Shown: in pieces, positions 57,885 through 64,000 of the stretch
How the letters are laid out: every line of letters starts with the position of its first letter
Numbering within the stretch: the stretch's first letter is position 1
Origin: Deltaproteobacteria bacterium
GTDB taxonomy: Bacteria; Myxococcota_A; Polyangia; Fen-1088
Reading direction: 5' to 3'
Length of the DNA stretch: 64,000 bases
Assembly (NCBI GenBank): GCA_033763315.1
Contig: JANRKS010000022.1
Coordinates: 64,001-128,000 of the forward strand
The notes under the pieces: generated by a model
What the model was told of the DNA's origin: nothing
The model's database searches: none
Seen by the model: only the letters and a program-made list of their open reading frames with translations
Made by a program: the position numbers and the translations under genes

Positions 57885-58612
57885 GGGGCGGGCGGCGCCA
57901 GCAATTTTATGAACACGTCTTCCAACGACGCCGCGCCATCGTTGCCATGCAGCTTCTGCAAGGTCGCGGGTTCGTCCACGGCCAGCAAGCGACCCGCGGA
58001 AATGATCGCCACGCGGTGGCACAGGCGTTCGGCGGTCTCCAAAAGGTGCGTTGAAAGAAAAACGGTTTTCCCTTCACGCGCCAGTTGCGCGACCAAATCT
58101 TTCATCTGCTTGGCGGCCATCGGATCCAAGCCGTTGGTGGGCTCATCCAAGATGAGCACTTGCGGATCGTGTAGCAACGCCGCCGCCAAGGCGACGCGCT
58201 TCTTCGTGCCGTGTGAATACGTCATGCAAAACCGCGGCGCCTCTGCCCCCACATAACGTTCCGCCAAGGCGCCGGCTTTGCGACGCGCCTCTGCCCCGGT
58301 AAAACCATGCAGCCCCGCCACCATCTCTAAGAACTCCAGCCCAGAAAGATACGGATACAAAAACGGCTCGTCGGGCAGGTACCCAACCACACGCTTGAGC
58401 GCCACGCTGTCGCTGTGACAGTCCTTGCCCAAGATCTGCGCCGTGCCGCTGGTCGGGCGCAATAGGCCCATCAACAACCGAATCGTGGTGGTCTTGCCCG
58501 AGCCGTTCGGCCCCAAAAAGCCCATCACTTCGCCCGCGTTCACCTGCAAGGTCAGGCTGTCTAAAGCCACCTTGTCCCCGTAACGTTTGCCAAGCGCGCG
58601 CGTTTCGATCAT
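57881..58612 (-). CDS. ABC transporter ATP-binding protein
   Basis: GPNGSGKTT, YSHG signature variant, ILDEPTNGLD, STH; ATG 58612. Confidence 0.93.
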   Translation of the reverse strand: MIETRALGKRYGDKVALDSLTLQVNAGEVMGFLGPNGSGKTTTIRLLMGLLRPTSGTAQILGKDCHSDSVALKRVVGYLPDEPFLYPYLSGLEFLEMVAGLHGFTGAEARRKAGALAERYVGAEAPRFCMTYSHGTKKRVALAAALLHDPQVLILDEPTNGLDPMAAKQMKDLVAQLAREGKTVFLSTHLLETAERLCHRVAIISAGRLLAVDEPATLQKLHGNDGAASLEDVFIKLLAPPAP

Positions 58613-58635
58613 CGAGTCGCGCCCGGGCTTCGCTC

Positions 58636-60312
58636 CTACGAGCCCGACAACACCAGCGTAAAGCCGGTCTCGTAATCTTCGCCGCCAGCGGGGAAGTGCC
58701 AGCGATTCACGGCTTGCTTCAAGCAATCATGGACGGCATTTAGTGCAGGAGGTGAGCTTAACGCCACCGACTTGACTTTGCCCGAGATGCCGATGTTGAC
58801 CGTAACTTCGATGCGGCCGCCGGCCTGGCTGCCTGTGCGGCGCAAAACGCGGTTGTAGCAGAGCTTCACAGCGTCTTGGTTCTCTTTGCGTCGAACCACG
58901 TTGCCAATCGCCGCTTGATCCACAGGTGCAGAAGCGGCCACAGGTTTGCGCGTAGGTAAGGCGCGGCGTTCGGCCAAGCCAAGGTCCACCTTGCGCTCGC
59001 CATTGTCGAGCTTGATGTTCTCTGCACCTGCCGGGGCCGGTGCCAAAGGCGGCGGCGCCAACGGATCTACGGTTGGTTTCGCACCGGCCACCGGCTTCTT
59101 GCCGCCGGCGGCGGGACGCGGATCACCACCCACGTGCGCCACTTTGTTGCCGCCCGGCTGATCCGGGAACCACTTGTTCGCCTCTTCGGCGGCCGCGCGC
59201 TCCACCTCTTCAGGCGTCTTGCCACCCGGCTCATTTGCCGCCGGTTTGTTCTGCACGGCCGAACCTTTCGGCGTGTTGCTGCCATAGCCGGTCACGGCTG
59301 CGGTCACGGCCGCGCCCAACAGAAGCACCACGAAGGCGATGGCGCCGATCTTCAGGGCCGGCTTGCGCGAAACCCGCCCGCCCAAGCTCATGACCTGCGA
59401 CAGGCCAGATTCGCCTCCCATGCTCATGTTCGGCGCCAAAGGCGCAGGGGCCACGTGGTTGGCCGGCCCCGGGTTGGCGGCGGGCGGCGGGAAGAACGGG
59501 GTTGATGGCGCGTCGCTGAAAAGATCCAACGGAGGCCTCGCCGCGGCGGCATGTCCGTTGTTGCCGTTGACATGCGAACCGTTGGCGTGCCCACCTTGCA
59601 TGCCCACCAGGTTGGCAACGGGCGTCTTCTGATCGTCGTCCTCGGGGCCCACCAATGTCGACGAACTGCCCATCATGTCGGCCGCGAGCGCCGCCGACAG
59701 GGGTTGGATCTGCGTGGCCTCGCCTTCGTCGAACGCGCCCAAGTGGTCGGCGGCGCGCACGGACGAGGCCACGGCCATGGCAGCCCCGCCGCCTGGTGAC
59801 CGCCCCGCTGACTGAGCCAAAGCCGCCAAGGGCTTCGCGGCCGGCAAACCTGGAGACGTAGGCGGTCGCGGTGGGGGTGCCACGCGTCCCCCCGGCGCCG
59901 ACTTCGCTTGCGCAAGCGCACGTTCGATTTCCGGAACCTTCGCGGGCTCCTTCCAGCCGTCGAGGCCCTCTTTCCAAACGAAGATCTCGGCGCCCGGCTT
60001 TTGCGCCAGCACCTGCGCGGCGAGTTGCGCTTTCGTGAACGGTCCCTTCTGCTGGCCATCCACGGCCAAATGCCATTCGGGTCGATCCGTCACAACCGCC
60101 GGCGGTGCGGGGCGCGGGGGCGGCGGCAAAGACGCTGTGGCCGGGCGCGGAGCCGCGGGCTTCGCTGCCTCGGGCGAGGCCTCGGAAACCGCACTGTCAC
60201 GCAACGTGATGACGTTGTCGCATGACTTGCAGCGAATCTTCAGAATCTTCTGCCGGACCTTTTCGTCAGCGATCGAATAACGGGTCCCGCAGCGCTCACA
60301 GAGGAACTTCAT
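58636..60312 (-). CDS. AgmX/GltJ-like protein: zinc ribbon, GYF_2, Pro-rich linker, TM, TonB-C-like (AgmX/PglI) domain
   Basis: CERC..CKSC, WHLAVDGQQKGPF..VWKEGLDGW, TM, CYNRVLR..GRIEVTVNI..CLKQAVNRWHFP. Confidence 0.8.
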   Translation of the reverse strand: MKFLCERCGTRYSIADEKVRQKILKIRCKSCDNVITLRDSAVSEASPEAAKPAAPRPATASLPPPPRPAPPAVVTDRPEWHLAVDGQQKGPFTKAQLAAQVLAQKPGAEIFVWKEGLDGWKEPAKVPEIERALAQAKSAPGGRVAPPPRPPTSPGLPAAKPLAALAQSAGRSPGGGAAMAVASSVRAADHLGAFDEGEATQIQPLSAALAADMMGSSSTLVGPEDDDQKTPVANLVGMQGGHANGSHVNGNNGHAAAARPPLDLFSDAPSTPFFPPPAANPGPANHVAPAPLAPNMSMGGESGLSQVMSLGGRVSRKPALKIGAIAFVVLLLGAAVTAAVTGYGSNTPKGSAVQNKPAANEPGGKTPEEVERAAAEEANKWFPDQPGGNKVAHVGGDPRPAAGGKKPVAGAKPTVDPLAPPPLAPAPAGAENIKLDNGERKVDLGLAERRALPTRKPVAASAPVDQAAIGNVVRRKENQDAVKLCYNRVLRRTGSQAGGRIEVTVNIGISGKVKSVALSSPPALNAVHDCLKQAVNRWHFPAGGEDYETGFTLVLSGS

Positions 60313-60525
60313 CCAGAATCTCGGGGGATTTCCCTAGGGTTTCCAAGCTTTGGTGTCGGCCAGAAAAGCTAATATATGCGTAGAGTCGTGAAATGGAAAG
60401 CAGGAGTCTGGCATCAAGGCATGCTCTTTCTCGCGGGTGCAAGTACATCGGCGCTTCCCCACCGAACGTGAGCCACTACCTTCGAGTTTTTGTGCCTGCA
60501 ACGCATGTGTAACCTGGCGGCAAAA

Positions 60526-61809
60526 TCACGCGTCTGCTCCGCCAAATAAGCGTTTCCAGAACGACGCCCGCGTCTTCTTCTCCGCCGCCGCTGCGACTGT
60601 CGGTAACGAAGGCATAGTGTGGGGCTTTGACGCAGAACTGACAGCGAAAGTTTTGGGTGCGGACACTTGCTTGGGGACAGGCCCTGCAACAGTGGGAGGT
60701 TCAGCGCTGGCCACCCGCCATCCGCCGGCGGCGCCTCGATCAAAGTCGAGCTCCTCGTCCTCGAAGTCATCGTCTTCACCACTGAACGCGGCAGCCCGGC
60801 GGCGGCCTGAATCGAGGACCGCCACGTCCGGGTTTTCGATCGCGCTTACGTAGGCGGCCACCTGGCGGTCGCCGATGCGTTCCGGCAACGAGGCGATGAA
60901 CGCGTCCAGCTCACGGCCAAATTCCTCGGCCGAGGGGTAGCGGTCCTCGGGCCGCTTGGCCAAGGCCTTCATCACGATTTTCTCAAGCGCCGGCGGGTAA
61001 TCCCTATCAATAAAGGTGGGGGGCCGGATTTGCTCCTCCACGATGCGCTTCATGATCACCTGGGGCTTGCCGCGGTAAAGCCGCTTACCCAGCGTGATCT
61101 CGTAAAGGATGATGCCCAGCGAGAACACGTCCGACCGGCCATCGAGCGGCTGCCCCTGCACCTGCTCGGGCGACATATATGAGTACTTGCCCGCGCGGCT
61201 TTCTGAATCTTCCTTCTTGTGACCCGCGTCCGTGGCAATCCCGAAATCGATGATCTTCGTGTGGCCGCGGTCGCTGATGATGATGTTGGTGGGCGAGATG
61301 TCTCGGTGGATCACGTGGAGCGGCTTGCCGCTGCGATCCTTGCTGCCGTACATGTAGGCCAACCCTTCGGCCACCTGTTCACAAATGAACGCCGCCACCC
61401 CCAAAGGCAGCGGCTGCCCCACCTCCAAGCCGCGCCCGATGAGCTGCGTGAGGATGCGGCCCTCAATGTATTCCATCGCGATGAAGTGCTCGCCGTCTTG
61501 TTCGCCGGCGTCATAGACGTCGACGATCGAAGGGTGGTTCAGGCGCGAGCCGATGCGCGCCTCATCTCGAAACATGGCCACCACCTGGTCGTTGTTTTGG
61601 TAGCGCCCCTGCAGCAGCTTTACGACCAACTCTTTGTGAAAACCACCAACCGCGTCGTTGGTGGCCAAGAAGATCTCCGCCATGCCGCCCGAATCCAGGT
61701 GCTCGACGATGGTGTAACGGCCCAGCTTTCGCCCGCGGTAAGCGGAGAACGCAGGTTTATCCGCATCGTCTTGCCGGCCACCCATCATCTTTGCTTTGGC
61801 TTGCTGCAC
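60526..61809 (-). CDS. Cytoplasmic Hanks-type Ser/Thr kinase
   Basis: SGGMAEIF, VVKLL, HRDISPTN, DFGIA, GKYSYMSPE, SDVFSLG; no TM; ATG 61788 alternative start. Confidence 0.93.
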   Translation of the reverse strand: MQQAKAKMMGGRQDDADKPAFSAYRGRKLGRYTIVEHLDSGGMAEIFLATNDAVGGFHKELVVKLLQGRYQNNDQVVAMFRDEARIGSRLNHPSIVDVYDAGEQDGEHFIAMEYIEGRILTQLIGRGLEVGQPLPLGVAAFICEQVAEGLAYMYGSKDRSGKPLHVIHRDISPTNIIISDRGHTKIIDFGIATDAGHKKEDSESRAGKYSYMSPEQVQGQPLDGRSDVFSLGIILYEITLGKRLYRGKPQVIMKRIVEEQIRPPTFIDRDYPPALEKIVMKALAKRPEDRYPSAEEFGRELDAFIASLPERIGDRQVAAYVSAIENPDVAVLDSGRRRAAAFSGEDDDFEDEELDFDRGAAGGWRVASAEPPTVAGPVPKQVSAPKTFAVSSASKPHTMPSLPTVAAAAEKKTRASFWKRLFGGADA

Positions 61810-61863
61810 GTACTGCTCTTTTCTCAGTAGACCCGAAAGTCACCCATACCCACAAGCTCTTGT

Positions 61864-62553
61864 TTAGTTTCCGCGGTTCAAAAGCATCGTTGCGTCGGAC
61901 AGCAGTCGATCCACCACATCCGCATCCGTCGGATCGTAATAACCCCGAATTTTTAACTGTGCGTCTACCAGCACCAGATGCGTGCCGTGGAACAAACTCG
62001 CAAAGTCCTGTTCGCCCTGAGGAGCCTGGTCACCCATCGCCATTTTCAAGCCGCCCTCCACCGTGGCGCGAATGTCATCCAAAGGCCCCGTAAGAAGGTG
62101 CCACATGCGGGGGCTAACCTTGTGTTTCTGTGCATACGCGTTTAAAACAGCCGGCGTGTCGTAAGTGGGATCAACGCTGAACGATACGATTTTGAAGCCG
62201 GGCACCAAATTGCGCGCCCGGCGTTGCACCTGCGAGAGCTTCGCCGTGATGGCGGGGCAAATGGTGGGGCAACGGGTGAAGATAAAACTGGCCACCCAAA
62301 CGTTTCCCGTAAGCTCGGCGCTGCCCACGGTGTGCCCCTCTTGATCCGTAAAGGAAAAGGCACCCAATTGCCCGAGCACAGGCAAAGGCGGGCGCGGCGG
62401 CCGCAGCACCTGATTCATCACGGGAACAAGCAACCCCAGCAGAATGACCAACGCCCAAAAGTGTGGCTTGGCCACCAGCCGTGACACAGACGCCTGCAGG
62501 CGCGCGCCCGCCGGCCGAGCGGCAACAACCGGGGCAACCGGGGTGACAGACAT
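61864..62553 (-). CDS. SCO1/SenC copper chaperone
   Basis: TM anchor, FIFTRCPTICP (CxxxC), SVDP..DTP, conserved His in FHGTHLVLVD; start could extend to 62616. Confidence 0.93.
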   Translation of the reverse strand: MSVTPVAPVVAARPAGARLQASVSRLVAKPHFWALVILLGLLVPVMNQVLRPPRPPLPVLGQLGAFSFTDQEGHTVGSAELTGNVWVASFIFTRCPTICPAITAKLSQVQRRARNLVPGFKIVSFSVDPTYDTPAVLNAYAQKHKVSPRMWHLLTGPLDDIRATVEGGLKMAMGDQAPQGEQDFASLFHGTHLVLVDAQLKIRGYYDPTDADVVDRLLSDATMLLNRGN

Positions 62554-62707
62554 GACCGCGGTAGATACCACAAAGCCGAGGCGCACGGCAGCCGTTGCGA
62601 CACGCACGCGCCCCATGTGCGGAAGGTCCGCTCGCGCGGCGCAAAGCTTTGATTGCCGCCACGCATCGGTTGCCAGGGGATGTCATTCTTGATATCAGGC
62701 TCAGGCA

Positions 62708-63382
62708 ATGTCAGCCGCCCCTGCCCCCCCGCACGCAGCCCTTGGGCACGGCCACCACGAAGGCCCTGTCTCGTGGCCCACCGACGCTTTCATGGGCAAG
62801 GCCAGCGCCTTGAAGCTGGGCATGTGGATCTTCTTGTTGTCCGATGCGTTCTCGTTCGCGGGATTGCTGCTCACGTACGGCATCTTGCGTGCGGCATCGA
62901 GCGTGTGGCATCAGCCTGGTGAACCCGCGTTCGGCATCAACTTCACCGCCGGCCTCACCTTCTTATTGATCTGTTCCAGCCTCACCATGGTGATGGCGGT
63001 GGCCGCCTGCCGCGCGGGCAAGCGTGGCAAGACGATGGCCTTCTTGGCGCTCACCATCTTGGGCGGGGCGTTGTTCTTGTGCGGCCAGTTTCACGAATAT
63101 TTCGGCATTGGCACCCACGGTCTCATCGCCGAAGGGCTGCACCTTGGCGGCTCCCACCGCGCCACCACGTTCTTCGTCATCACGAGCTTTCACGGCTTTC
63201 ACGTGTTCTCGGGCGTCGTGATCATGAGCGTCATGTTCGTCAAAACAGCGCGCGGCCGCTATGACCACGGCAACGTGGACGCGATTGAGGCCACGGGCCT
63301 GTTTTGGCACTTCGTGGATCTCGTCTGGATCTTGGTGTTCACGTTTGTGTATCTGATTCCCGAGCCAGGGGTGTTGCCGTGA
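62708..63382 (+). CDS. Heme-copper oxidase subunit III (short, about 5 TM)
   Basis: GMWIFLLSD, LICSS, FFVITSFHGFHV, GLFWHFVDLVW. Confidence 0.92.
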   Translation: MSAAPAPPHAALGHGHHEGPVSWPTDAFMGKASALKLGMWIFLLSDAFSFAGLLLTYGILRAASSVWHQPGEPAFGINFTAGLTFLLICSSLTMVMAVAACRAGKRGKTMAFLALTILGGALFLCGQFHEYFGIGTHGLIAEGLHLGGSHRATTFFVITSFHGFHVFSGVVIMSVMFVKTARGRYDHGNVDAIEATGLFWHFVDLVWILVFTFVYLIPEPGVLP

Positions 63383-63675
63383 AGGCTGAGTCACACGTCA
63401 CGTCCACACGCAGCTATCTGTGGGTGTTTGCGCTGCTCACCGTGCTCACCATCGCCGAAGTGGGCGTGGTGAAGGTGACAAGCATGGGCCGCGCGTTGTT
63501 GATCTCGGCGCTGGTGCTGTTGGCCTTGGCCAAAGCCGGGCTTGTGTTGATGTCGTTCATGCACCTCAACCATGAAACGCGTTCGTTGAAGCTGACGGTC
63601 ATCTTGCCGTTCGTGCTTCCCGCCCTTTATGCCTTTGTGTTGATCGCGGAAGCGTCGTGGAGGTTGTTGCCATGA
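63379..63675 (+). CDS. Cytochrome c oxidase subunit IV (caa3-type)
   Basis: YLWVFALLTVLTIAEV, AKAGLV..FMHL; GTGA overlap with subunit III. Confidence 0.85.
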   Translation: MKAESHVTSTRSYLWVFALLTVLTIAEVGVVKVTSMGRALLISALVLLALAKAGLVLMSFMHLNHETRSLKLTVILPFVLPALYAFVLIAEASWRLLP

Positions 63676-63905
63676 AGCGCGCTTTGTTGCTGGCCGCCCT
63701 GGTCATGGCGCCCAAGCTGGCGTGGGCGTGCCCCGTCTGTGCCGGCCGCGAAACCAACACCACGATGATCGCCACATTGCTGGGGCTGATGATCGCCGTG
63801 CCTTACGCGGTGGCCGTGGTGGTGATTCGTGTGATTCGCAAGGCCGATAAGGAAAGCGCTTGGCCTGCGCCCCCGCTGCCCGAGGCCGAAGGCTCGCGAC
63901 CATGA
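63672..63905 (+). CDS. Small membrane protein with ACPVC motif in the oxidase operon
   Basis: MKR signal peptide ending AWA, then CPVC, one TM; ATGA overlaps on both sides. Confidence 0.75.
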   Translation: MKRALLLAALVMAPKLAWACPVCAGRETNTTMIATLLGLMIAVPYAVAVVVIRVIRKADKESAWPAPPLPEAEGSRP

Positions 63906-64000
63906 AGCGTCTTGAACTTACACTCGCATTGGGCCTGGGGCTTTGTCCCAGTGTGGCCTTGGCCGCGCCTGCCCCCGAACATGGTTGGGGCCTGCCCCGC
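63902..64000 (+). CDS. Start of probable heme-copper oxidase subunit II (partial)
   Basis: MKRLELTLALGLGLCPSVALAAPAPEHGWGLPR...; signal peptide and operon context only. Confidence 0.5.
   Translation, partial: MKRLELTLALGLGLCPSVALAAPAPEHGWGLPR

Overview
GC-rich, gene-dense chromosomal window that looks like Myxococcota (Hanks-type Ser/Thr kinases, PEGA, PKD/Cys-rich lipoproteins, an AgmX/GltJ-like zinc-ribbon-GYF protein); the taxon is inferred from gene content. (1) 1-9800: a Kdp K+ uptake locus with no KdpE. It has a split KdpD (N-domain+USP), a separate KinB-like HAMP kinase and an NtrC/AlgB-like sigma54 regulator. It also has kdpF, a second unannotated 27-aa peptide and a beta-barrel porin. 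The porin and kdp promoters share the same sigma54 -24/-12 plus twin-enhancer geometry. (2) 10054-15865: a divergent complex I-like operon nuoA-B-C-D-G-H-I without nuoEF or nuoJ-N. Its Fe-S ligands are intact but several quinone-site/E-channel residues are lost. (3) 16-31 kb: dsbA-tlpA-OM barrel, carbohydrate enzymes, OmpA/DUF4398 pair, tRNA-His, PEGA protein, non-RD kinase. (4) 31-51 kb: flagellar cluster flgBC-fliEFGHI-motE-like-fliK(1135 aa)-flgDE-flbD-motAB. Regulators are two sigma54 activators lacking regulatory domains and a FleN/FlhG-PilZ fusion. Three sigma54 and two sigma28-type promoters can be read, one of the latter in front of the putative top activator. (5) 51-64 kb: orn, assorted lipoproteins, ABC transporter, AgmX-like protein, kinase with a MinD-like tail, SCO and the start of a heme-copper oxidase operon. 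No CRISPR, integrase, transposase or rRNA was seen. All calls come from reading motifs by eye; no searches were run.
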